64,000 nucleotides of DNA from Lytechinus pictus (lineage: Eukaryota): positions 31,558,001 to 31,622,000 of the forward strand of contig NC_087251.1 of assembly GCF_037042905.1 (NCBI RefSeq), written 5' to 3'. Each line of letters opens with the position of its first letter. The stretch's first letter is position 1. This document shows, in pieces, positions 38,901 to 51,900 of the stretch. The notes below the pieces were generated by a model. It searched no databases. It was not told where the DNA came from and saw only the letters and a program-made list of their open reading frames with translations. The translations under genes and the position numbers were made by a program.

Positions 38901-39218
38901 TGATAGACTCTATAAAAGTGAGAATATAAGTGAAATAAGTACTAAAGTAATGAGGGAGTTGTACGTGTGTGACATCACAGATCTTGGTCGCATTGCCAAT
39001 GGGAGGATCTACATGGCATTAGTGATCTCAATATTCAAATGCTCATAACTTTCTTATTATTCATTCAATCTTCCTCAAACTTTCAACAATATGTTTCTTT
39101 GATTTTTCTCTTTTATATGGATTCAGCTGGTTTCAAGGGTTTCATTCTCCTTTAATGATTTTTGTAAATCATCCGAATTCCGATATTCTTTCGTTCATAT
39201 TTTTTGCCGACGATTCCA
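36000..39218 (+). mobile_element. Disabled non-LTR retrotransposon (CR1/L2-group LINE ORF2: APE endonuclease + reverse transcriptase)
   Basis: HFNIRS, GLSETWL, GGGVALY, GDFNID, SDITDHFP (endonuclease); YRPISLLS, QFGFRKK, FLDFSKAFD, GVPQGSLLGP (RT). In-frame TAA at 37355-37357, MITE inserted at 38371, frameshifted FADD at 39203-39214, 3' truncated. The 5' boundary is approximate. Confidence 0.93.
38371..39151. mobile_element. Palindromic TTAA-target MITE (Kolobok-like) inserted in the LINE RT
   Basis: TTAA|AGGAGAATGAAACCC...GGGTTTCATTCTCCT|TTAA; ~380-bp near-perfect arms with a short loop. Confidence 0.92.
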
Positions 39219-39406
39219 GACGCCTCCAGGCTAGGGGGGGGGGGGATTTCGCATTGTTAACCCCCTAATGGTGGCTGCTTGATGATAGCGAGCCGTCTGT
39301 GTAAGAGGAGAAAAAAAAATGTTTAAAAACTCCTCGAAACAGAGGGCTGCCAGCTATCTAGTGCCGTGCGGGAGGGAGTATGCCAGCTACATATGGAAGT
39401 TTTTCC

Positions 39407-40216
39407 GGCGCTAGTGTAGTTTCGCACCTCCCCATTTAATGGTTTTCAAACATGTACAATCTCACCCTAAATAATTCACAACCTAAAATACTTGCATCTG
39501 AGCCTCCAAAGTCCAGAAGAAGTTGAATATTTGCCGTTTTGACACTTTTTTTTTTACAAAGTTTTACACCTATTTCGGAATCACTCGGTCGCTTGAAGCA
39601 GCTCAGCGCTGCACATAAGCAGTCGGTACGCGTACAGTACGTACCACCTAGTGAAGTGCAAGAAGAGCGAGTTTTTCTATGGTATCTTCAAAAAGATTGT
39701 TTTCCCCTCTTTCAGCTTGCACCAAGTATTACGGTAGTGGTTGTGCAGAGTGGTTGATGTTTGTTGATGATTGTTGATGTTTGTTGATGTTTGTTGTTCT
39801 TATTTCATTCAAAAAATCACACACACGCACACCCCACACACATACCTTCACACAACAAACATCAACCACTCTGCACAACCACTACCGTAATACTTGGTGC
39901 AAGCTGAAAGAGGGGAAAAAATCTTTTTGAAGATACCATAGAAAAACTCGCTCTTCTTCCACTTCACTAGGCACATAGTGACATACTGTACGCGTACCGA
40001 CTGCTTAGTTATGTGCAGCGCTGAGCTTGATCAAGCGACCGAGTGATTCCGAAATAGGTGTAAAACTTTGTAAAAAAGTGTCAAAACGGCAAATATTCAA
40101 CTTCTACTGGACTTTGGAGGCTCAGATGCAAGTATTTTAGGTTGTGAATTATTTAGGGTGAGATTGTACATGTTTGAAAACCATTAAACGGGGAGGTGCG
40201 AAACTACACTAGCGCC
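39407..40216. mobile_element. Foldback MITE with 8-bp TSD (Merlin-like)
   Basis: GGCGCTAGTGTAG...CTACACTAGCGCC; perfect flanking duplication GTTTTTCC at 39399-39406 and 40217-40224; ~360-bp arms. Confidence 0.85.
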
Positions 40217-40659
40217 GTTTTTCCAACTATCAAGAAAATTAAGAAAAAAATCCCTCCTCTCTTGACTAAACAGTAAACTGACGTGATGACTGATGTCGTG
40301 AACGATCATTTTCATATTTCAATTTCACTTTCAGATCAGGACAGTACATCATTCATACTCTCTCCTGTGTTCTTCCTTCACTAAGTTCATAGATAATTGG
40401 AGATCACAGCTCTCTCTCTCTCTTAGGTGATCCCTCCACTGTTTTGGAGATTCCCAGAAATAAATAAAACAATTCCCAGTCCGGTAAGATAGAGATTCAG
40501 CATTAAGTTGGAGCATACATGAAAGTCTATATGTCGGACCACTCTCCCGTCTCAGACTCAGTCAGTTATTGTGGATTTTGCCTTTTTGGTACCTATAATT
40601 TGCAGTTCTACCGTATAACCTAATGTTACATGTTGAAAAAAATACTGGTAATAACAAAC

Positions 40660-40860
40660 CTTTCGTCGAACACTGAATAATAGTTCAAACAAATATTTTA
40701 AAACGCGATTCAAATCTTTCTTTCTCACCAGATAGTTCTTCATTCAGCGACAAGCTCGAACACAGCGCCACAGCTCCGCAATTATAAATCGCAGATATCG
40801 ACGCAGTCTGTATATATATCGACGATCGGATCATGAAGGGGACGGGGGCGGCGTCTGAAG
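40660..40860 (-). promoter_or_regulatory. Candidate HHIPL promoter / first untranslated exon
   Basis: Local CpG cluster, TATATATA at 40811-40818, possible donor AAG|GTTTGT at 40660; the acceptor at 34438 suggests an upstream exon. Confidence 0.3.
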
Positions 40861-43336
40861 TCCAACTTGAGGACCCTACTTTTCAAATGACTGCTACATA
40901 AAATCATATGTTTCTGGGTCTTGGAAATGTTTAACATGTATTGAAAGATGGCAGTCTCAACTCAAAAGGGGAAAAGGAAAGTTTTCTCTTTTTTGAAAAG
41001 TATGTTGTAAAAATACCAGAAGAATAAAAATAATGGTGAAGTTTTGAGGAAAATCCATCAAAGATTAAAAAGCTTTGAGCTTTTGATTTGAGACATCATA
41101 TACAAACAGCTGTCCCATATATGTTATATAAAATGCATGAATTTCATTATTTTAATTGTTCATGACTAACAATAAGCCAGTTCGGAATTCCATTTTTGCG
41201 CATCAGAATAATCATTTGTACTGAAGTGACGTTGGTTTAATATTCAATGAGAAAATCACTGAATTTGATATCTTGATCACTGGCAGATAGGGGGGGGGGG
41301 CAAGCCAACCTGTGCCCCCCCCCCCCCGTTTTGAGAGGCATAATTAAAATTTGTAATATAAAAAATAGCGTACGTTAAAACAGAAGTGTGCCCGGCCGGG
41401 CCCCCCCCCCCTTTGAAAGTGAAGACCTTTATATATCGGGGTTTTTTTTGCTTATCAAACTTTTTCATGGACGAAATGTCCTTGGTTAAAAACCTTTTTT
41501 CAGTTGGTCTAGTACATTGTTATAACAAACCTGCCTATCTGCCTATCATACTCCCGGATCATACTGAAAGAACTAAAAGCTCATTTGACCAAAATTGCCC
41601 ATGAGGTAACTCTGAACTGGTCTATTGGTTTCGTTCAGGAGCCGGTGTCAAATAGTATGTCTATTTGATATACTGAAGGTGCAATAAAATCATTCAATTT
41701 TTTTTCTAGAAAATGCCATTTCATTTATATTTTTACTACACTATTTTGGGATTTTTTTTTGTGTGGTCAAAGTTTGGGAGTGGCATTTGGGATCATCTGA
41801 CTTAAAATATGAATATTTACCAATTTGCTCTTGACGTCTTATTTGAATTGATAATTAAAAGAACCATATTGTCATCATCTAAAGACTCACACCAATATGA
41901 TTCTGTTGCAACAATATATTTGACGTCAACCTCGTCAAGGCCACTCAACAATAAATAAATATTAGTTAGTCAATATGTACACTGCGATAAAAAAAAATTT
42001 GCGCTTCAAATATTACCAATTTAATGGAAAAACATGCAAGAGTATCTTCTCCAAAATAATTTGATACCATTTTATGTGGTATATGTTTACACTTGCACAG
42101 TGGCGTTAAATCTGTGATGTCATACTATTTAAGTAGGGGGGGATGAACAATAATCCCCCCCCCCCCCTGAACGATAGGTTCGCCAATTGGTTTTATGCCA
42201 GTGCACTTGGATAATTAGGAGATATTCTTTGTTGTGTGAATTTAAATGTGTGCCAAAGTATGGCATGAATGCTATGAATGAATCCATATGTCCATTAGTC
42301 ATAATACTACACGAGTTGCAGTAAATGTCATTGTAAAACACCTTTTCAATTAAATTAACATTGGGATGCTAAAAGGTGTTTATTAGTGACTTATAGACTT
42401 CTGATAAAGTGTTATGTACTATATATATAAACTATTACAATTATCATCATCATCATCATCATCATCATCATATTATTATTATCATCATTATCACTTTATC
42501 TTATTAATTTATGAAAAATGCAATAGAACTCATCACATAAATTTATATCTCAACTCTCGACTTCATGGACATCCAGATTCAATCCTTGCTTTCATGCCTT
42601 ACTTTATAGGCACATATCAAATTGTACACCCCCCCCCCCAAAAAAAAAGAATACCTCCTAATTATCCAAGAGTGAACATATGAAGATACTCTTTCAGGAC
42701 ATGTATGAGAGTTTTTTCATGTTTCAGCCATGTTTTCTTCATTAAATTGGCGATTTTTGAGGTGCAAATTTTTTTAAGAATGGAGTGACAATTGCAAATT
42801 AATTCATGCTCCTCCCCATTTCTAAAAAAGTACAAAAGTATACACATGTGCAACTGTAGGATTTGATTGCCACACATAAATTAATTGGAAAACTTAACCG
42901 ATTCGTGATGAAAATAAACATATAAATAATACAAACAAAAACCTTATTGTGTTTTAAAATTGGGCAATATATTTCATGATAACAGTTTCAAATAGTGAAA
43001 AATGTAAGAATTTGACAATATTTAAATCATGATTTTATAAATTTCCACAATACAAAATGTAAGTTTAATTTGCTGAAACATATTTGTGATATTATGTGTC
43101 ACGGTTGCTGCTACATGCGGCCAGTCAAGAAATTTAAAATCATATATCAAGAAATATTGCAATATTTTCATTTGCTTTCCCAAGTAAAGGTGAGCAATGT
43201 GTACTGTACAGTATGATCATACATGTATTATCTGAACAGAGGTAGCGAAAAGTGATTTCATTACATAAACATATTACATACTGTAATTGGCTGGTAAGTC
43301 TAATGGTTAGACAGGAATCTTTAGTCAACATTCTTG

Positions 43337-43556
43337 GCTTGTGTCATCACATGGCGTCAGGTCGGGCAATCGCGTGTACCCAACTTTTCAAGAAAAGGGC
43401 CCCCTAAATTCCTGAAACTTTGGGTCCAGTTTACCCGGGTAAAGCATATTGGTAAACTGGACCCGACGTTTCAGGAATGTAGGGGGCCCTTTTCTTGAAT
43501 GGTCGGGTATACGCGACTGCCTGCACTGACGCATGACCCAACGTGATGGCACAAGC
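43337..43556. mobile_element. Small palindromic MITE-like element
   Basis: GCTTGTGTCATCAC/GTGATGGCACAAGC ends; inner arms TTCAAGAAAAGGGCCCCCTA. Confidence 0.72.
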
Positions 43557-44149
43557 TGCATTGTCTATAATCTGCAAGAAAATCCAATAAAGCATATACC
43601 TAACATAATTTATACATGTAACATCAAACCTGGGATCAAGGGGAGTGAGATCATTAAAATGGTACTTCACCCTTTTTTTACCTCCATAATAATAGGTTTG
43701 AATAGCAAGATATAACAGGAATCTACTATTGGAACTTGAGTTATGTTTATCAGTGTGAAATGATATGAATAAAATTGGGAGTCATGAGGTCAAAGGTCAG
43801 AGATTATTATATACATTGAAATATCAAATCAACTTCAAATCTGGTTCATGTCCATGTATGCATATTGGAGTGACAATGATCCAACTAGAATTGGGGGTCA
43901 CAGGCTAAAATACCATAGAGGTCATCTCATTCCATCAAATACTGAAGACCATTTGGGGATCAATATAAAACTTGGTTCATATATGGATATTAATATGAAG
44001 ATGATCTAATTAATTTGGGGGTCACAATTTCAAAGGTCAAGGGTCACAGAGGACTTTACATATTTATCTTTATCTTGTCTTTCCATTAATGCCCACAATC
44101 ATTATATTGATTATTATGGCATATGAACGTCAAGATTGACTTGACCTGA

Positions 44150-44471
44150 ATTTGCCAGGACCAGCAGGTGCAATACACCGGGTGAACACCCTACTCTTTG
44201 ACAAATAGTGCATTGGTTTTAACGTGCATAGGTTGTGACTCTCCTATACACGGGATCAACATTTGCATCCTTTCCGATGGACGGAGCGTTTTCCAACTGC
44301 ATTCACACCTGCACTGAATACAGTGGTGAGGCACGCTAACACACAACGCTATATATAGCATCAGATTTTTTGTCAGACGCGTTTCGGCATGAGCAGGACT
44401 AGAACCCCTCACGTTGAGATCTACGATCTTATCCAAAACATGCGCTCTAACCGACTGAGCTACGCTGCCTC
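44150..44471 (-). mobile_element. tRNA-derived SINE, second family
   Basis: Reverse strand GTAGCTCAGTCGGTTAGAGCG...GGTTCTAGTCC followed by a non-tRNA body. Confidence 0.72.
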
Positions 44472-45844
44472 CCTTATATTTATACCCAGAAAATCCCCCA
44501 AATAATAACTTGAGGTATTAAATTCTCAATTGGCTACTGTATTGGAATGACAAATGCTTGTCAGAGGTCTGACTGAATTAGCAATAAATAGTGAGGCAAA
44601 CTGAATGTTAAAATTTGTAGTAAATAGATCTATTTAATCACTACCATATATTCAAATTTCATAATACTTTTTACATTACAGTAGCTGTTCATGATACCCA
44701 ATATGCATGTAAGAGCTTCGACTGACATAGCAATGAGTAGTATAAGTATCCTAGATTCAAGTTCCTAGTTCATACACTCCTTTACTAACATATTCAAAGT
44801 CGACGGATACCTTTTAACCATTGTTTTTGATAAACCTGAAAGTTTGCTGGAGGCTTTCCAGACATAGCAACACATCACTTATTTCAAGTACTGTTCTTTT
44901 TTTTTTACTTAAAGGTAATGGAAAATGTTCATTAATAAGTCCATTCTGCTGATTTTTCTGAATGTCTAGTAAATCACATCATGAAGAATTGCAGGGCTAA
45001 TACAAAGTAATTTCATGGGACAACTCAATTACGCCTGTAGAAACAGGTGAAAATAGTTCAAAATTTACCCTCTCAGGTATTATTACTGTATGCATCAGAA
45101 TCTTCTCGAGAAAGATTGACACCTTGGGTGGCTCGGAACATCGTAGACCAAAAGTTTCTGTCTCTGTTCATTTCAATCGCGCTCTTACTTCTACACGTGC
45201 GGGAGTGTGATCACAATTGGAACGGATGGAACAGAGACAAAAAAAATTGTGTATGGGGACATCGTCATCCCCCCTCTTATCAACTTTGCTCCCTCGCACA
45301 TGATTTTCAAGAAATTGGAATACCGTACTCACCATGGCAGGGAGAGCCCTAAAGTTAATGCACAACATTACTTTCCCTGATGAAGGGGAGGGGGGGCACT
45401 CAACTATATTGCTGTTCATACGCTCGACCAAAAAAAGTGTTAAAAGAATACCTTTTGCCGATCATGATGCATCACAATAGGATGCATTTACTTTTACTTT
45501 CATGAGCTTAGCTATGTAAGAACAGAACAGGTATACCAATTCATTCATTGTTGTAAATCAACAAGAATTAATAAAACACAATGATAATAATAGCATTGAC
45601 TTATTAAATGTAAAAACTGTTGACTATTGACTAACAGTGGTACTCATAGTTCAAGCCTAGCAAATATTTATTTCAGAGTAAACTAGAGCATTCAAATAAT
45701 TAAATAATGATAGAAATTAGAGCAATTAATACTTGTACAATTACGATCCCAACTCTACAAGGTAGGGCCAAGTGGCCTGCAATAAATAGAATTCTCAAAT
45801 GTACAGTTACACAATTATATGAATTGAATGTGTATATCTCTTTA

Positions 45845-48800
45845 TCATCTGGGCAACCAAACATTCTCTACCTGTGAAGATCTGTTTGGTATGATGGCTT
45901 CCTCTGGCTCTATCAACTCAATTTTGGATAAGGGATTACAGACCCGTGTGACAAAATTTGAACCATCCATTACCACTGCAGTCGATATGACAGGAGAATG
46001 AGACTTAGATGATACCCGACTAGGTTGATGGTTAGAGAAGGCAAGCTTAGGGGACATAGAAAAACCGTTAACAGCTTTAGAGGCTGTGGGAAAAGTGTAA
46101 TGAAAGTCAGTACTGGGCCCTGGAGTGCAGAGGGAATTTTGCTCCATCGTATTTTCCGTAGCTTCACGTCGGGGGCTGAAGTCTGATCTGCAGTTTGACA
46201 AGCCCCTGTCCATAGTCATATGTGAACAATACCCAGAGTCTAACGCAGTGGAGCTGTATTCTGCTTTGAGCGGCTCAAGTTCATGGGATTCTGCACTCTG
46301 CATGGTGGATGAGGGAAAGGACACGCTGTCTTCCGATTCGTCAACGCCATTATGGCTGCAGGAGTTTGCGTACTTGAAATGGGCACTGAAGCAACAACAG
46401 CAGCAGCAGCACATGCGATCCAGAGAGTAGCAGATACACGAAGGCAAAGGAACCTGGCCTGCATTGCCCTCCGGTCCAATAACGCGACACAAGGCCTGGA
46501 AGAAGAGCGTAGAGTAAAGCCAACTTATGGTCATGATCAACATCAGGAATGTCCCCATCTGTGTATATGAGAGTATGCTAGCAGGCATCATCAGTGCACC
46601 AGCAATAAATGTGGTTAGGGCAGCCATGCTAATGGCCGACCCCATGTGTCCCAGTGAGTATACAACACGAGATTCACGGTCTGGCTCTGGCGCCATACAG
46701 TACGCCACTCCATAGTGCACTGTGAAGTCAATGGAGAGGCCTACTGATACAGAGAGGATGACAGATTCCAGAATGTTGAGTTGCCATCCAAGGAGGACCA
46801 GGGTACCAATTGTTACACAAATGGTACCTGATATGGAGAGAATAGCAAACAAGCTGATTACAAAGTTCCGTGTTGTAAGAAACATAACAAACATTGCAAT
46901 GACGATAGAAAGGCCCAAAGAAAGGGGTGTACCTCTTGCTAGGTTGTCTTGCAGATTGTAGAAATCGAGATAGCTGATAAACCACCCTTCTCCAAGACTG
47001 GACGGAGCTGTTTTAAGAACGGGCTTCATCCAGCTTTCTAGCTTGGTCCAGAATTGTTTCATTTGGTCATACGAATGTGAGAAAGAATACGAACTGTCAA
47101 ATTCAATGACGACTGCCTTCACTAAATTGTCTTCAATACCAAATCTTGGTCCAGGTTTCCACTTTTCAAAGTATGAGGGAGAATAGTGATGTAATTCTGT
47201 AACTGCAGTTTTTAGGCACTGATTGAAGACTGATCTAGAATAAGGGAAACGTGACCCTTTGCAACAGGGTACATTACTCATACCTGTCTCCCCATCTATG
47301 CAATTCCTATTATCCATCCATTCATTGAATGTCTCTATAAAACAGTTTTCAATTTTCAAACTTGGTGTTGATGAAAAGAAGGTCTGGTTTCTCAGTAACC
47401 TGCAGAATCTCAGAAGCCACAGTTGTGATTTTGGTGAAGCCATGTCAAAGTCAGAATTAAGGACAAGGTTGCCAATGTCATCTGGGTCTAAAGGGTTTCC
47501 ATCATCTATTGGCTCCACACCCCAAACAACTGTAATAGGAAGATGGGCGTAGAGCGAGCCACGATTCACCTTCTCAAACCAGAAGAGATCTTTAAAAACA
47601 AAGTCATATCGCTCGAATGGATGCATCGATCTGAATAGTTGGAACTCTGGTATCGTGGGAAGCTGAAGTCCTGGATCTAAAAAGATAAGGCAAAAGCCCC
47701 CAAGCATGACAATTCCAAGCAGCAATATCCAAACTAAACGGGGTTTAATAACAACACATGGCAAAATCTTTTTAAAGAATATTCTAGCCCAGTCACTAAA
47801 CCATTCTGTGCAATTTTTAAAAATAAATACTAGGTGTTTACACACACTCTTTTTTGTTTTGTACTTTTGTTCATGCTTTTGAGAATTGTAATCTTTTGAG
47901 TCAGTGAAGTATCTATCCTCAATAATAACAGCTGCTGGAAGCCAAGTGATGCTCAAAACAAAGTTTAACAATATAGCTGTGCCCGCATATAGACCAAAGC
48001 ACTTGATGGCAGTGATGTTGCTGATCGTGTTGGCATAGAATGCTGAAGCAGTCGTAAAACTGGTAACAAACATAGACAGGGCTGCATGCCGGAGCGTCTC
48101 CATTACGACAATAACACGAGGTGCGTTAGGGCGATCCTTTCGCGACTCTTTCCAGATATCGCAGAAGACAAATGCGTCGTCCGCGCCGACCCCGACGAGA
48201 AGAATGACGCTGGTGAGATTCATGAAAGGAAAGAAGGGAATCCTAAAGACAGCAAAGTAGACAAAGTATGCAGAAATGAGGGACATTGCCATGCTGATGA
48301 TGGTCATGATTGTGACAAACAGCGATCCAATATACATCCACATCAGTATCACCACAATCACAACCCCGAGGCAGGGATAAACAGCATCAGTCGTGAGGTA
48401 CTCGCTGAATAAATCCTGCTTTATACCAAAATACAATCCAGATATTTTCGTAACTTGGTCCTGCACATCACCTGCTTTAAATTCATCATCGTATATTTCT
48501 CTGACATCACTTCCTGCGTAAACTGGCATGACCACTAGGGCATAGTTCACACGTTCGTTATTCGGTCTCTCCACGCACATGAAGTCCACATCCACCAGGT
48601 AGTGAAGTATATTGTACACCGCATCAAATCTTACGCACTTCCTTGGGACGTTTGCGCAGCTGTTGCTCATATACGTCCCAGTGTGGGAGCAGTCGTGTCG
48701 CAGCTCTCTTGTCCGGTAAAAATGGGAGCATGTTCTTAGCAACTGCAGTGTTTCTTGCACGTCCTCACTAGTAATGTTGAAACAGTTTGACCTGTTGTTC

Positions 48801-48996
48801 AGCAGGGCAACGTAGTTTGGTAGGGACCAACTTGGACAGCAGGCATTGGTGACGTTGCTCGTATAGCAGGCCTTCATGAACTGCACATGAGATCTGACAT
48901 TCTGTAACTCAAGTTCACACATGGAGTGAAGAGCTTCTACGGTGAAAAGAGTTTTCCCATCAACAGGTTCATATACCATCCGGGCATAGAATTTCT
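45845..48996 (-). CDS. DISP1: Dispatched large terminal coding exon (ECD1, SSD, ECD2, TM2-12, C-tail)
   Basis: 1060-aa ORF; acceptor CTGTTTCAG at 48997; multiple TM segments and GxxxD(D) motifs. Confidence 0.95.
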
Positions 48997-51900
48997 CTGA
49001 AACAGAGTAGAAAAAGGAATGGGACAAAAGATTTTAAAATGTCAAAAAAGATGTTTACGTCAATAATTAAATGTATCTACCTGCTATTACCTATTATGCT
49101 AGTTATCCATTAAACTTGCCTGTTCAAATATATTACAATTTTTTTGCACATTATAGCTTCATTTGCAGGAATATCGCACTAATAGAAGGAAGTGACGGAA
49201 TTGGAAAAGCACCAAAAGACTGCTCTAAAGGTTATCCCCTGGGGCAGTAACCTGGATAAGGGCTGAAGAGGGGTTAAAATTACGAGTGTCAGGAGATCTG
49301 CAGTCAATAAGCAGTTCCTCAAAATTCTCCAGAGATATGCACAATGTAGACAAATGCTAGGTGAGGATCAAAACACCTCTTTGAATTCAGTTTTTAATGC
49401 TCTATATATTGTTTTCAAAATATCATGTTCTTGTTATCTACATAAGGGACATGGAACATTCTTCAAGTACCATTTGAATTTATTTAGAACTTTAGATATT
49501 ACTTGTTATCATGTATAATTTATATACGTATATATTCTACCAATTTGTAGTGTTTGGAAATGATTGGAAGAAAATAAATGTTTTGAATCTAATTGATATA
49601 TATTATGACGTAAAGTGGTTTTAGCTCACAAGTATACCACAAGAAATGACTGACTTACGAGGTGTGCCACAGAGAGGACCTATGGCAGTGGAGGGTACTT
49701 CAGTAATGTCCTCACTCCCAGAAAGATCACCTTCATCTAGTGCCCCTTTCTCCTCATCATAGCTGAAAGACGATTCTTCATCTGCCCAAAGTGACTGGCT
49801 TTGATTGATGGTTACTGAGGGACTTGGGGTCCTGGTGAGTCCCCGGCTTGGTACTGCGGACGGCTCTTGGACGACATTGGCGGGCGATCTACCTCCAAGA
49901 TTCACAGGATAAGTGGAAAGCGGCAAACCTGCCCCAGTTTGGTTCATCATATTACTAAAAGCTATGGATCGCTCACTGATGGTGGTGCCACGAGGTTCAA
50001 ATCCCTGAAACATATCAAAGAGAAACAGATATGGTCCACCCTTTAAAAGCCAGCATTTTTTTTACAATATGGACAAATTCTTAATACTGCAAAATAGGGT
50101 GAATAGGAACAAAAATCATGATAGCTGTTCTATGTCATTTTATTCTCAAAGTGATTAGTGCAAACTTTTTCAATTTATTTGTGTTATTTACAAATTACTT
50201 GAAGCTTACTATTAAATAAAGGCAAACTACATGCACGCCATCTGATATTTATCCAAGATGTGGCACAGTCCTGCTTGGTTTGTCATTGGTATAGCCAAGA
50301 TCAGGGTGCAACACCTATTGGGCTTGAGCCAAAAATAAAGACTGCCGTAGGGTCGTTTCATCTATCCTAATTTTTTTTCATTAATATCCCAGAGTTAATA
50401 CCCTGCAATATTCTGAAGGAAATGATCTCGGATTAGCGGTTATGAACGGCAACACAAAAGGGTCTGGTAAGTGTTCTATACACTACACACAGAGCTATAA
50501 CAACTGAAATATCCCTCACATTCTCGCACTCGCCTACATTATGCAATTCAATATACCAGCGGCAGACTTTGAAAAAAAAAGAAAAAAGATGAATAATTTT
50601 CCATCAATGAAAAAAAATTGAAAATAGTAAGTTTGTTGATCTCACATGAACTTTGACCTATTAGCAGATATTTGTAAGGATAACATGTAAGTTTTATGCT
50701 ATTGGTACTTATACTTTAACCTTTTTCTTAATACAAGTCCAAAATCATTACCTCTGCAAAGTTTTGATGTTGAAACCACAACATGTTTAAAATTCCTTGA
50801 CCCTACATGACCTTGATCATCTGACCTGAAGCACTTATGTCCAAGTTTCATGAAATAGGTCCTTTCAATCAAAGGTCTGGCCAGCATGCTTATCCTACTT
50901 CTGATTTCTTTGATCATGGTTTGGAAATCAATTTTTATATAAACTTAATAATTGTTAGGAACATAAAATCCTTGATTTTTTGTTTTGTGTTGTTCTAATT
51001 TCTAACATCCATCTTTCAGAATACCGGATTCCAACTGGCACAACACTAGTAGATTCTGGAACAAAAAGCTTCCGACAAGACTCGGGCCTGGAAAATATGA
51101 CTTTTTCAGTGGAGCATACAATATACATGTACATAAAGACTCACACTGGTTGACCATGCGCACTGTAAAAACTCTCAGATTTATTATCTGACAGATTTCT
51201 GTGACTGTGACATGGCGGATGTGGATACATCTACATGTATTGATGGGGATGGTATTGTAAATGGACACAATGTTGTGGTGTCAATGATCCTACAAGTTTG
51301 CAAAATATTGAGACATTGTACAATATTTAAGCAGGGTGCTACATAAGCACTTGCCCAATTGCCCGGGGCAAGTAAAAAATAGAGTCGGGCAAGTGTTTTG
51401 AAGTAAAGACCAAAACTACTTGCTCGAATTGGGCAAGCAAAATTCTCACAGTAGAATGACCAAAATAAGGGTCGATATGATATGATATTGACCCTAATTT
51501 TGGTTGTGGCAGGCAAGATAAAATCACTTTGGAAAAAGAAATGCAATAACAAGGTAGATCAGTCAAAAGAGAGAAAAAGGTCAATGGTTTATAAAATCGC
51601 CAAACTTTTTTTTGAAGAGGTAAACTTTTTTTTTCAAGGATTTTATGGGGCAAGTGAAATAGATTTTTGGGCAAGTATATTCCAACTATTTAAAAATTTA
51701 CTTGCCCGACTGGGCAAGTGCTTCTAAAAAGTTATGTAGCACCCTGTATAAGTCATCTCAACATGATATTGCTTTGTTTTTATTCTTCTAAAAAAGAAAA
51801 ACATAAAAAAAATAAACAAGCTTCCAGTATGAAATATAAGTTTGCTGTTGGGAAAGTGGTTTGTAGTGTGCTTGTACACAATACAGAAATGCTATGCCAT

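Noticed and set aside
38474-39048. Two near-identical ORFs on opposite strands
   Set aside because: Mirror translations of the arms of one palindromic MITE.
44390-44471. tRNA gene
   Set aside because: Only A/B boxes; no proper cloverleaf, and it continues into a SINE body. The same applies at ~3020-3091 and ~32064-32130.
46125-48412. Antisense ORFs within the large Dispatched exon
   Set aside because: Short shadow frames expected opposite a long coding exon.
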